Shown in pieces: positions 32,117 through 52,769 of a DNA stretch of 64,000 bases. The position numbers and the translations under genes were made by a program. Location: NCBI RefSeq assembly GCF_009914755.1, contig NC_060940.1; one strand, given 5' to 3'. Position 1 is the first letter of the stretch, and each line of letters opens with the position of its first letter. The stretch is from the human T2T-CHM13v2.0 reference genome, Homo sapiens. The notes under the pieces were generated by a model, which worked only from the letters and a program-made list of their open reading frames with translations, was not told the DNA's origin and made no database searches.

Positions 32117-33877
32117 TAGCTATGAAAATACAGAAAAAAAATAATAAATATTATTGGTCATATTGGCATATATGAGACCTCAGTAAATAAGAGCTCTTAT
32201 GATGATTCTGCTTCCCCCCTTTTACAGATGGGGAAACTGAAGTTCAGAGCAGGGTGGGGGTTTTTCTAGGGTCACTCAGGGAACCGTCTAGAAGGGAGCA
32301 GTGAAAAGAGGGGAACAGATGCTTCCTCCAGGAAGAGGGTCTTCTTGCCCTCGCAGCCCCTTCCTCACATGCCCTCCTTCCCTGCCCTCCGGAGCCCCCG
32401 GACACGTGAAGGGGAGGGAGAGGGGGCAATGGGAGGAACCCACCCCCACCCCTGGCTCACAGGTGCCACCGCCCCCACTCCCTGCCCTGGCCCCAGGCCA
32501 AAGGGACTTTTCATGACAGCTCAAATGAGACCTCTGAGTAAACCTGGAACTTCTGAAACGACCTGAGAATATTCCCCAGGCTGGGGGGCAGGGGCCACAA
32601 GGAGGGCCCCCGACTGCCCAGGACATCTGCATCAGGAACCCAGCCTGCTGATCTCTGCAGCCCACAGGAAGGATCTGGCCACCCCGACCCCTGCCCTGAA
32701 TTGTCCCCAGGGAGTTGGGGCAAGTGCACCAGCCCGGGTCCTAGCCCAGGCCCCTGCCATCCCCCACTGTGTGAACAGGACAAGGCCCTGGGCCTCTCTG
32801 GGCCTCCTTTCCCCATCTGCCAAGCGGGCTTGACTAGGACGAGGGCTTGCCAACTTTCCCCAGAATGAATCAGTAACACCAGTCCACTTTGGCCAGGGCC
32901 AGGGCGGGCTGATGGGGGCTGCTGGGAACTGAGGGGAGAGAGACGGTGGGTGGCCAGCTCCGCTCCATCTCGTGGCATAGTTCAAAGCCTCCTTTCACTG
33001 CTCTACAAGCGGCCCCTCCTGGGCTGGAGGAAATGGAGCTGGAGTGAGATCTGGCTGCAGAGGCTGAGAGGTTGCAAGGTTTGGGCAAGGCTGCAGAGGA
33101 TGGCAGGGCTTGCAGGGAGATAGAGATTGCACAGGCAGCGGGGGTGGGGAGTGGGGGGTGCGGGTGCTGCGACTGGGACCTCATGCTCCACAGCTAGGAG
33201 AGGTTGCACAGGCTGGAAGAAGTGCCAGGAGGGAAAGATTGCTGGAGCTAATAGAGATTTGCTGCCTGGCTAGGAGAGAGAGATAGGCTGAGAGGTCGCA
33301 CAGCCTCAGAGGTTGCACGAGCTGGGGAGGAGAAGGCCCTTCCTCTCACCTTCGTCTTCTACTGATTAACTGTAAGCCTGAGGTCCCCAACATACCTGCC
33401 TTCAGACACCCATAACCCACCCCTTGCCACTGGCGAAAAAAAAAAAGATGAAAAGCAACTAACACTAACCACACACCTAATACTAACCACACTAACCTGC
33501 CTCACACTCCACATCCAGGCTAAGCCTGCTGCCCCCATTCCACAGATGAGGAAAGCTGAGGCTCAAAGAAAGGCAGAGATACGGCCAAGTTCCCACTGTG
33601 AGTGAATGGCAGAGTCTGCTTTCTGACCCAGGGCCACTGGGCTAGTTCTTCCCCAGCCTGAGAACCCACTGAGATGAGAACTTGCTGTGTGACCCTGGGC
33701 AGCCCACTGTCCTTCTCTGAAAGTTCCTTGTTACTAATCTGATGACATTAGTCATGATTATTCACACTCTGGAAGCAGAAGATGTTGCCTGAGGTGGGTC
33801 TGGGGGGAGTTTCTGGGGACAGTGAGGAAGCTAATGAGGAAAGCAGGACCTCTTAGGGGCTGTCTCCATTTTTAGCC

Positions 33878-35240
<1,363 letters not shown>

Positions 35241-35379
35241 GAGTAAGAATGGAGTTGGAGGAACCACAGCTCTGTAGCTATAGCAGGAAGGTCAGAGAGG
35301 AGGACCAGCAGGAGAGCAGGTGGGCAGAAGTCCTTGAAGACCCTGGATAACTTTAGGAGTTCTTTCTTCTGTGTTCCCT

Positions 35380-35545
35380 CTCGGGAAGTCCCTCCGCCTT
35401 AACACTTCCTCTTCTGGTGACCTGTTGGCTCCTGTTCCTGGCACTTCTGGGGAGTCCCTCTTCGCCCACCTCATTTCTTTGTGATCCCTATAGGAAATAG
35501 GGCCATTTTACTTTTACCACACTACCCACCTTTCACTTTCAGCCC
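35380..35545. promoter_or_regulatory. Candidate intronic immune enhancer (2x NF-kB, PU.1/ETS, ISRE)
   Basis: GGGAAGTCCC 35383-35392, CACTTCCTCT 35403-35412, GGGGAGTCCC 35449-35458, CTTTCACTTTCA 35530-35541. Motif evidence only. Confidence 0.5.
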
Positions 35546-35899
35546 CATGTCCCTACCTGGGTCACATTGCAGAGAATGGCCGACTTGAGGAACTAGACGC
35601 ATCCCATTCCTCAATCGTGTGACAGAAAAAAGATACAGGGAAACCAAGAACTTGGGTTCTTTCCAGTGTGGGGAGGTTGTAAATAATGGCTGCTATGAAC
35701 ATGCTGGTACATGTCTGCTTGGGCACATATGCTTGCATTTCTCTTTGGTTATATAACTTGGAAGTGGAAATGTTGAGTCTCTGCTCAGCAGAAGTTTTCC
35801 AAAGTGGTTGTGTCGATTTACACTCTTACCAGAATATTGAGTAGAGACAGAGAGTTTAGTTACTCTGTATCCTTTTCAGCACTTGGAATTGTGTTTATT

Positions 35900-36040
35900 T
35901 CTCTCTCTCTCCATATATATATTTATAAAAATAAATTATATATGTTTATTATATATAATTTATATTTTATAAATATATATAATATTTATAAATAAATATT
36001 TTTATATTTATATTTTATTATAAATTTACATATATATAAT
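35900..36040. repeat. (CT)n followed by AT-rich low-complexity tract
   Basis: Near-pure A/T for ~130 bp. Confidence 0.9.
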
Positions 36041-36802
36041 TCTTTCCCTCTTCCTCTTTCAGTTTCTTTTCCATTCTCTTAATGGAAACTTTTGATCAAT
36101 AAAAAATCTTAATTTTCATGAAGTTTATTTATAAATCTTTCTTTATGACCAGAACTTTCTATGTGCTGTTTAAGAAGTGTTGCCTGCAATAAAGTGATAA
36201 AAATATTATTCTGTGTTTTCTTCTAGACGATTTACTGTTTTACCTTTCACATTTAGGTCTACAGTCTATCTGTAGTTTATTTTTCTGTATGGTGTAAGGT
36301 AGGGGTCAAGGTTTACTTTTTCCATATGAATATTCAATTAATATACCATCATTTAAGAAAACATCATGTTTTCTCTCCACTGCCTTGCACTGGTGACTTA
36401 CTGAAAATCAAGTGGTTGAATACATGAGTTTATTTCTACTGTTTCTGTTCTTTTCCATTGGTTAGTTTGTTTTTCCTTGCAACAATGCCATACTTTCTAA
36501 ATTACTTTATAAATCTTGACATTCTTCTTCAAAATTGTCTAAACTATTTTCAGTCCTTTGTATTTCTATATAAATTTTAGAACTATCTTGTCAATTTCCA
36601 CCAAAGAAAATCTTGCTGGAGATTTTTTTCTTGAAACTTTGGATTTTACTGAAACTTTACTTCAATTTGGGGGGGACTAGCATCCTTAAAGTATTAAATT
36701 TTCCAATCCATGAACATAGTATGTACCACCACTTATTTATGTTTTCTCTAATTTTTCTTAGTAATGTCTTGTAGGTTTCTGTGTAGAAGTCTTGTACATC
36801 AA

Positions 36803-37094
<292 letters not shown>

Positions 37095-37435
37095 GTCTTG
37101 TACATCTTTCATTAGATTTCTTCTCGGATATTTGATTTTTTGATGCTGATGTAAATGGCATAATTTTAAAATTTCTTGACTGTTTGTAGTGTACAGAAAT
37201 ATAATGAGTTTTTATACTTTACAACTTTATTAACACTTTTTAAAGCTAAAGTTCCAGATGTTAAAAGAAATAGCTATCAAACCCAGCCCACTTCAACTGA
37301 CAACCAGTTGAGGGCTTCCTGCCTTTCTTTGCTTTTGTAATGTTTATGGATCCTTTCCTTTGCTAATCTAACAAGAGAGGGTATTGTAGTGCAAAGTATA
37401 GTGTCCCGGGTTTGGATTTTATTAACCAGTAGATC

Positions 37436-40626
<3,191 letters not shown>

Positions 40627-40910
40627 AGAAACACAATAGATTTTTATATTGATCTCATCTTCAGCTTCTTTGAATAATAATAACAATTATTATTCTAATA
40701 GTTTATTTGTTGAGTATCGTGGACTTTTCTGGTTCCTCAATTCTTATATAACTTAAACACATAGTTTTCTAATCTTTATAAATTAAAAGTTTCTTATCAT
40801 TGCCTTATTATGTTAATTAGCACCTCTAGTATAAGATGTTTTTGTTTTTGCCCTGACCTCAGTAAGGAAGTGTTCAATATTTCACAATTAAGGATAATGT
40901 TAGCTATGTA

Positions 40911-40912
<2 letters not shown>

Positions 40913-40949
<37 letters not shown>
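40913..40949. repeat. (GT)18 microsatellite
   Basis: Pure dinucleotide run. Confidence 0.97.
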
Positions 40950-40950
<1 letters not shown>

Positions 40951-41547
40951 TCGTAATTAGATTAAAGAAGACTCCTCTATTTCTGCTTTCCTGACAGGTT
41001 TTAAAAATCATGAATGGGTGTTGCAATTTATTAAATGTGCTTTCTGAACTTATTAAATGATAATATAAATTTTCTTGTTTATTGAGTTAATGTGGTGAAA
41101 TTGATTATGGTTTCTAAATGTCATACTAACCTTACATTCCTGAAATAAACCAATGTGATAATAATATGTTATCTATTTTTATAAATATTATTAGATTTGA
41201 CTTGTTAATATTTTGTTTCAGATATTTTTTAGATTATTTATGGGAAAGATTGACCTGTAATTCTACTTTCCTTTAATGTCAAGTTTTGGTATTAAGACTG
41301 CCTTTTATTTCAGACATCAATGAAAGCACTGATGTGTCTGGGATTATGTCTACCATCTTGCTATTTGTTTTCTTTTTTGACCTATCTATTCTTCCTTCTT
41401 TGTTCTAGTTTTTAGAAAATCAAGTTTTAAAAATTATTATTCCATTTTTCCTATTAGTTTGTTCATTGTACTTTCTTTTATATTCTTTTTGTGCTTATCT
41501 TAGAGATTACAACATGCATACTTATTATTATTAGGATCTACCTAATA

Positions 41548-42738
41548 TGAATTCTTCCAAAAGTTCATGGAAAATTCAAATTATGAAAAAACTATGCATA
41601 AAGTTCAAACTTTTTTCTGCACCAAAATAAACTTGTACTAACTTGCTATAACATGTCTGAACAGGATCTAGTTTGAGGCACTAAGAAGGATAAGGCGTCT
41701 GTTTGCAAAAAAGCCCCTATCATTGCAACATGAATTCTGCTAAAATTGAAGCAGGAACAAACATCAAATTTATGGTGCAACTAGGGTGGAAGGATGGCGA
41801 AATCAATGATAAAGATAAAGCCCTCCGTGGCCGATCATCCATATCAATTTGTTAGGAAAAAATTCATCTTGTTCATGCCCTAATTGAAGAGGACCAACTA
41901 TTAACAGCCCAAACAATAGCCAACACCATAGACATCTCAATTAGTTCAGGTTACACAATTCTGACCAAAAAATTAAAGTTGGGCAAACTTCCCACTTACT
42001 GGGTGCCAAACCACTGTGCCCAGATCAGCTGCAGACAACAGCAGAAACTTCCATGCAAATTTTAAACTAATAGGATCAAGATTCAGAAGCATTTCCTCAC
42101 ATAATTGTAACAGGAGATTAAACGTGGCTTTACCAGTTCATCCTGAAGACAAAGCAGTGGCTCCAAAGAGGTAGACGAGGTTCAGTCAAGACAAAAGCAG
42201 ACCGGTCAAGAAAAGCAAAGGTCATGGCAACAGGTTTTTGGGATGCTCAAGGCATTTTGCTTGTTGACTTTCTGGACAGCCAAAGAATGATAACATCTGC
42301 TTATCATGAGAGTGTTTTGGGGAAATTAGCCAAAGCTTTAGCAGAAAAACGCGCAGGAAAGCTTCACCAGAGAGTCCTCCACCATAGCAATGCTCCTGCT
42401 CATTCTTCTCATCAAATAAGGGCAATTTTACAGCTTCCATGAGAAATTAGGCATCCACCTTAAAGTCCTGTTTGGCTCCTTCTGACTTCTTTTTGTCTCC
42501 TAATCTTAAGCAATCTTTAACGATCACCCATTTTTCTTTAGTTAATAATGTAAAAAAGCCTGCATTGACATGGCTATATTCCCAGGACCCCCCAGTTCTT
42601 TGGAGATGGACTATGTGCCTGGTATCATCACTTACAAAAGTGCCTTGACCTTGACTGAATTTATGTTGAGAAATAGAGTTTATTTTTTAATTGTTATCTT
42701 TAATTCCATGTTTCCATGAGCTTTTTGAAGTCCTCTTG
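41548..42738 (+). mobile_element. Hsmar2 mariner DNA transposon, near full length, dead transposase
   Basis: TA-flanked TIRs (TCTTCCAAAAGTTCATGGAAAAT / TTTCCATGAGCTTTTTGAAGTCCTCTTG). ATG 41730 gives MNSAKIEAGTNIKFMVQLGW; WVP motif; MATGFWDAQGILLVDFL...HHSNAPAHSS. Stops, frameshifts and an internal deletion. Confidence 0.93.
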
Positions 42739-42883
42739 TACAATTTGAAGTCCTCTTGTACAAAGTCCTCTTTAACTTTATTCACCTCTTCTTACCTTTG
42801 GGGTTTCATGGTCGTGTATTTTAATTCTGCATATAGTTTACATCATTAGTATGTTAAGAAATTAAAAATCATAGTAATTCACT

Positions 42884-43196
42884 TATTTATTTATTTATTT
42901 TGATACAGAGTCTCACTTTCTCACCCAGGCTGGAGTCTCACTTTCTCACCCAGGCTGGAGTTGCAGCTCACTGCAAGCTCCACCTTCCGGATTCAAGCGA
43001 TTCTCCTGCCTCTGCCTCCCTAGTAGCCTACACTACAGGTTTGCGCCACCACACCTGGCTAATTTTTTGTGTTTTTAGTAGAGACTGGGTCTTGCCATGT
43101 TGTCCAGGCTGATCTCGAACTCCTGACCTCAGGTCATCCACCCACCTAGGCCTCCCAGAGTGCTGGGATTACAGGCGTGAACCACCGCACCCAGCC
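42884..43196 (-). mobile_element. Alu with a 25-bp internal tandem duplication
   Basis: TSD TAATTCA(C/T). GAGTCTCACTTTCTCACCCAGGCTG occurs twice. Confidence 0.93.
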
Positions 43197-43889
43197 TAAT
43201 TCATATATTTAGAGTACTTTCTGTTGCTCTTCATTTCACCCTACAGTAACTTGCTTCCCATCTGGAATTATTTTTCTTTTACCTGAAAAACTCACTGTTG
43301 TATATCTCTTGATGCAGGTCTATCAGTGACAAAATCTCTTACTTATTTTTGTCTGAAAAAAAATCCTTATTTTGCCTTCATTTTCAAAAATCTGTATTTC
43401 AGATGTAATTCACAAAACTGAAAATGTACTCTTAAGATGTGCAATTCAACAAAGTTGTGCAGTCATCACCACTAACTCTATATTTTCATCACTCCAAAAA
43501 CAAACCTACATCCATTGCTGTTACTCTCTATCCCCCCTCCCCTCAGCCTCAGCTCCTGGCAACCACTAACCTACTTTCTGTCTCTATGGATCTGCCAATG
43601 CTGGACATTTCATACATATGGAGTCATACAATATGAGGCCTTTTGTGTCTGGTGTCTTTACTTTAGCATGAATTTTTAAAGTTCATCCATTTTGTAGCAC
43701 GTATCAGTAGTTCATTCCCTTATATGGCTAAATAACATTCTACTGCATGGATATACTACATTTCTTTATCCATTCACCAGTCGATAGAAATTTTGCTTGT
43801 TTCCAGTTTTTTGGTATTATGAATAATGTTGCTGTGAATATTTGTCTACAATGGTTTGTACATTTCTTTCTGGACATATATCCGCAATT

Positions 43890-44226
43890 GTTTTCTTTCC
43901 TTTTTCTTTCTTTTTTCTTTTCTTTTTTTTTTTTTTTTTTGAGACAGGGTCACACTCTGTCACCCAGGCTGGACTGCAATGGTGTGAAAACAGCTCACTG
44001 TAGCCTCAAACTCTTGGGCTCATGTGATCCTCCCACCTTAGCCTCCTGAGTAGCTGGGGCCACAGGTACATACCACCATGCCCAGAAAATGTTTTCATTT
44101 TAATTTTTGTAGAGATGAGGTCTTGCCATGTTACCCAGGCTAGTCTCAAACTCCTGGGCTCAAGCAACCCTCCCGCCTTGGCCTCCCAGTATGCTGGGAT
44201 TACAGGCATGAGCTACTGCATCTGGT
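43890..44226 (-). mobile_element. AluJ in L1
   Basis: Poly-T tail followed by a J-type body. Confidence 0.92.
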
Positions 44227-44731
44227 CAATTCTTTTCACTATATAACTAGGTGTGAAATTTCTTGGTCATATGGAAACAGTCATACATTGCTTAATGACG
44301 AGGATACATTCTGAGAAATGTGTCATTAGGTAATTTTGTCATTGTGTGAACGTCATAGAGTGCACTTACACAAACCTAGGTGGTATAGCCTACTACACAC
44401 CTAGGCTGTATCTTACAGCCTATTGCTAATTGGCTACAAACCTGCACAGCATGATACGGTACTGAATACTGTAGGCAACTGTAACACAATTGTAAGTATT
44501 TGTGTATCTAAACATAGAAAAGGTACAGTGAAAACATAATATAAAATATGAAAAAACGGCACACCTGTGTAGGGCACTTACCATGAATGCAGTTTGCAGG
44601 ATTCGAAGTTGCTCTGGGTGTCAGTGATTAAGTGCTGAGGGAATGTGAAGGCCCAGGACATTGCTGTACACTCCTGTAAACTTTATCAACACTGAACTCT
44701 TAGGCTACTCTAAATTTATTTGAATTTTTAA

Positions 44732-45414
<683 letters not shown>

Positions 45415-45642
45415 AACATTTTTTCTTTATAAACATTTTAACTTTTTAAAACTTTTTGAATAACACTTTTGTAATAACAGTTATCTTATTGTAATAACAC
45501 TTAAGTGTTTTCGTGCACTCTTGTACTAACACTTAAGACACAAACACATTGTACAGCTATACAAAATATTTTTCTTTATATTCTTATTCTAAAAGCCTTT
45601 TTATATATTATATTTTAAAATTTTTTATTTTTTATTTTTTTA

Positions 45643-45972
<330 letters not shown>

Positions 45973-46175
45973 AATCTAAGACACAGGCAGACACATTAGC
46001 CTAGGCCTACACAGGGTCAAGATCACCAATATGACTGTCTTCCACCTCCACATTTTGTCCCACTGGAAGGTCTTCAGTGGCAAAAACACACATGGAGCTG
46101 GCATCTCCTATGATAATGATGCCTTCTTCCGGAATCCATCCTGAAGGACCTGCCTGAGGCTGTTTTACAAGTTAA

Positions 46176-46487
<312 letters not shown>

Positions 46488-46625
46488 TAAGTACAAGGAG
46501 CACACCCTAAAATAGTGATTTAAGATATAGTATAGTAAATACATACACCAGTAACATAGTTTATTATTATTATTATTATTATTATTATCAAGCATTATGT
46601 ACAATACATAATTGTATATGCTATC

Positions 46626-46925
46626 TTTTTTTTTTTTTTTTGAGACGGAGTCTCACTCTGTTGTCCAGGCTGGAGTGCAGTGGCGCAATCTCGGCTCACT
46701 GCTACCTCTGCCTCCCCATTCAAGTGATTCTCCTGCCTCGGCCTCCTGAGTAGCTGGGACTACAGGCATGTGTCACCACGCCTGGCTAAGTTTTTTGTGT
46801 TTTTAGTTGAAACGGGGTTTCACCATGTTTGTCACACTGGTCTTGAAGTCCTGACCTCAAATGATCTGCCTGCCTTGGCCTCCCAAAGTGCTGGGATTAC
46901 AGGCGTGAGCCACCGCACCTAGCCC
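46626..46925 (-). mobile_element. Alu in Tigger3
   Basis: TSD TG(T/C)ATATGCTAT. Confidence 0.93.
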
Positions 46926-48070
46926 TGCATATGCTATACTTTTATATGACTGGCAGTGCAGTAAATTTGTTTCCACCAGCATCATCACAAGCCCATGAGT
47001 AAAGTGTTGTGTCATGACGTCACTAGACAATAGGAATTATTCACCTTCATTATAGTCCTATGGGCCCGCCTATGTACATGCAGTCTGTCATTGAATGAAA
47101 TATCATTATGCAGCACGTGACTGTATTTAACATTTTGAAGAACTGCAAAACTGTTTTCCACAGTGGCTGCACCATTTTACATTCTCACCCTCCGCCCCCT
47201 CATTCACACTTGTGATTGATTATTATTATTACCATCCTAATGCATGTGAAGTGGTATCTCATTATGTTCTTGATTTGCATCTCTCTAGAGAGTAATGTCA
47301 ATGGCCACCTTTTCATGTGTTTGTTGTTTGGATATCTTCTTTGGAGAAATGTCTATCCAAATCTTTTGCCCATTTTAAATTTTAATTCTTGCCTTTTAGA
47401 TCTTGAGTTGCAAGAATTCTTTGCATATTCTAAATACCAGACCTTTAACAAATACGTGATTTGCAAATGCTTTTTTTCCCATGCTGTATGTTATAGTTTT
47501 ACTTTCTTGATAGTATTTTTTGAAGCACAAACATTTTAAATTTTGATACAGTTTAATAGATCTATTTTTTCTTTGTTTACTTATGCTTTTGTGTCATATT
47601 TAAAAAACTATTATTGTCTCATACAAGGTCATGAAGATTTACACCTAGGTTTATTCTAAGAGTTTAATAGTTTTACTTTTTACATCTAGTCTTTAATCTA
47701 TTTTGAGTAAATTTTTGTATACGGTGTGAAGTAGAAATCTAGCTTCATTATATTGCATTGTGGATATCCATTTGTGTGGTACCATTTGTTTTAAAGACTA
47801 TTCTTTCCCCCATTGAATTGTTTTGGCACCCTCATCAAGAATCGGTTAAACATAAATATATGCACTTCTTTCTGAACTCTCAGTTCAATCCCATTGATCT
47901 ATATGTACATCTATGTGTCAGTACCACAGTGTTGATAAGTGTAGCTTTGTAGTAAGCTTTGAAATAAGGAAGTTTGACTCCTCCAACTGTGTTCTTTCTC
48001 AAAACCTTTTTGGCTATTCTAGTCCCTTACATTTCCCTATAAATTTTAGGACTAGTTTGTCAATTTCTGC

Positions 48071-48104
<34 letters not shown>

Positions 48105-50069
48105 CTGGGATTTTTTATAGAGATTACTTTGAATCTGTAGATCAATTTGAGGCGTCATCTTGATAACATTAAGTTTTCCAATCTATGAACATGGTATATC
48201 CTCCATTTATTTAGGTTTTCTATAATTTATTTCAATAACATTTGTAGGTTTTATTGCACAAGTCTCACACTAATAAACAAATTCATCTCATATTAACATA
48301 ACTAATGAATTTTGTTAAATTTACTTTAACCATTTTGTTCTGTTTTGTATTATTGTAAATGAAATCACTTTCTTAATTTCATCTTCAGATTATTTATTGC
48401 CAGTGTGTATAAAATATCATTATTTGTGTCTATTAATCTTATATTCTACAACTAGGCTAAATTTGTTTATTAGCTCTAATTGGTTTTTGTTCGTTTTAGG
48501 TGTAAATTCCTTTAGTTTTGTATATACAAGATCATATTATCTGCAAAGAGAAATGGTTTACTTCTTCCTTTCCAATCTGAAAGTCTTTTATTTCTTTTCC
48601 TTACCTAATTGCCTCGGCTAGAACCTCTAGTAAAATGTTTTATAAAAGTCACAAGAGTGAACATACTTGTCTTGTTCATGATCTTAGGAGCAAAGCTTTC
48701 ATTTCTTTACCATTAAGTATGATGTTAACTGTAATATTTTTATAGCTGTCTGTATCATATTGACCTTACTTTTATTTTTTAAGAGATTTTTTTCTGGATA
48801 TAAAATTCTAAATTGGCTTTTGAAATTTCAGCATTGAAAGAAGTTGTTCCATTGTCTGCTGTCTTCCATCATTTTGTTAAAAAGTCCCCTGCCAGTCTTA
48901 TTGTTTCTTCCTTGAAGGTGAAGTGTCTTTTTTTTCTGCATACTGCATATCTTTGTCTTTTATTTTTTAAAATAGTTTTTCTATGATATGCCTAGATGTG
49001 GTTTTCTTTGTATTTATCCTATTTGTGGTTTGTAGAGCTATTTAAATCTGTGGCTTAATGTCTTTTGTTAGTTTGGAAAAAAATTTTAAGATCACTGCTA
49101 TTTCTTCTTACTTGTTTTCTCTCTCTTCTGCTTCTTAATTGCAAATGCATGTATGTTAGATCATTTCACAATGTCTTCTATGTCTCTTTTGCTCTTTTCT
49201 GTATTTTTGAACTTTTTTTCTCTGCATGCTTCAATCTTGGTATTTTCTATTGACCAATCTTCCAGTTTACTAATCCTCTCTTCTGATGTTACTAGTATGT
49301 TGCCAAATCCATCTCTTCAGTCCTTATAAACTTCAGTTATTATATTTTTCAGTTCCAGGATTTCTACTTTTTAAATAGGTTCCAAATTTCTGATAGAATT
49401 TTTGAACACATTAATCATAGTTATTTTAAATCATATCTGATAATGCCATTTTCCAATTCACCTAAGTAACTTTTCTATTGTCTATTTTATCTTCATTGTT
49501 GATCATTTGATACTGCTTGTTGGTTTACCTTGTAATTTTAACTGAAAGTTGGACATTATGTATAAAAAGTATAGAGGCTTTGGATGAAGCTAACTTTTTC
49601 TAGATCAATTTAAATTTTCTTCTAGCAGACATATAGCATATAAGCAGATTACACCTTGATGCAGTCAAGAATGAACTATTTCTAATTTTTCCTTATTCCC
49701 AAGGAATAGTATTTTCTAAATAGCTGGGTACTCACCAGGGCCCATCTTTTTTTTGCCAGGCCCTGAACTCTAATTCTTCCCTCAGCTTGTAAAACTGTGA
49801 AAATTCCTTCTTAGTTTTCCCACCTATTAGCAGGTGTTTTTTTGCTAAGTTTCTTGGCATGCTACTTATTTTCAATGACTTTGCACATGATTTGAGGGGA
49901 AATTGCATGCAGAATTTCAATGCATTTTTCCTCTCTTAAGTACTATATAAGTTGGCACTCTCTTGTGCAGTTTTTTTTTTTCTGCTTAGTAGTTGCCCTC
50001 AGTGGGAGGATTAGTGTGACAACAGCTACTTCATTATAGCCAGAAGTGGAAGTCCCTCATCCATATTTT

Positions 50070-51155
<1,086 letters not shown>

Positions 51156-51484
51156 TAATTTCCTGCCCCAAGCTTCTCCATTTCCCCAGAATCTCTTGAA
51201 ATTTGGTCAACTTTTAGGGTGAATTACAGCAACTCCAGGAAACATTTCTCAGCACTGAAACTGGTGGATAAATGCACCTACAGGACTTCAAATTCGATGA
51301 CACTTTTAATGCTCATGACAAACCTGCAGCAAAGATTGATGACCTCCATTTTATGGATGAGAAAACAGAGAATCAGAGGGGTTAGAGAACTTGCCCAAAG
51401 ACGCACAGCTGGGACCTGGCACACTCCAAGTCAGGTGCACTTCACTCCTCCGTAGGAGACTGCAGAGGTTGGGTGCTGCAGCGG

Positions 51485-51889
51485 TGTGTCAGGCCATTCT
51501 TGCATTGCCATAAAGCAATACCTGAGACTGGGTAATTTATAAAGAAAAGAGGTTTAATTGGCTCATGGTTCTGCAGGCTGTACAAGCATACTGCCAGCAT
51601 CTTCTCGGCTTCTGGTAAGGAGGCCCTCAGGGAGCCTTTACTCAAGGCTGAAGGTGAAGCAGAAGCAGACACATCACATAGCGACAGCTGGAGCAAAAGG
51701 GGGAGGCGCCACGCACTTCTGAACAATTAGATCTCAGGTGAACTCACTCATCACCAAGCGGATGGCACTAAGCCATTCATGAGAAATCCGCCCCCATGAT
51801 CCAATCACCTCCCACCAGGCCCCACCTCCAACATTGGGGATGACATTTCAACATGAGATTTGGGTGGGACAAATATCCAAACCATATCA
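51485..51889 (-). mobile_element. MST (MSTA/MSTB-like) solo LTR
   Basis: AATACCTGAGACTGGGTAATTTATAAAGAAAAGAGG ... GAGATTTGGGTGGGACAAATATCCAAACCATATCA. TSD AGCGG/AGGGG. Confidence 0.9.
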
Positions 51890-52278
51890 AGGGGCTCCTG
51901 TAGCAGGAAGCCTCCTAAGACACCTTCTGTCCTTGTAGGAAACACACATGGTGGCCCGATCTGTATCTGAGGATAAGGTGCTGTTGCCCTCAGGGGTCAG
52001 CCTGCGTGCAAAGACCCAAAAGGGGATGGATTCGGGGCAGAGAAGGCAGTGGAATTAGGGTAGGCCCCATTTGGTGCTGTGGGAGCATGAGGAGGGAGTG
52101 ATGGAGAAAGTCTGTGTTTTTAAGCTGATGTTTCCCAGAAGTGAGCAGTTTATTTTAAACAGTGTTAAATATCCCTGGATCCCCTAGTGAAAGCGTAGGC
52201 TCTTTCATCACTTGCCCTGCTGATGGAGGAGGCAAGATTCTCAATTTGGTGCTATCGCATCTTAAACACTACTCTCTC

Positions 52279-52594
<316 letters not shown>

Positions 52595-52769
52595 TCCCTT
52601 TCTTAACTTTAAACAAAGACAAACCACATCTCCAGTTTCTAGGACTCTCAGGCAGGCAGTAGCATGTCACTAAAATTCAATTACTGCCTTTGTTTTTCTT
52701 GTATTTAGTTTTTATGTTGTATTGTATTTAGTTTTATGGTAAGTTGATTGTTTTGTTTAAGTAACACTT

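Noticed and set aside
42224-42442. Mariner transposase ORF as an active or domesticated gene
   Set aside because: Only a 72-aa fragment. The element has stops, frameshifts, altered catalytic motifs (HSNA for HDNA; YSPDL disrupted) and a deletion.
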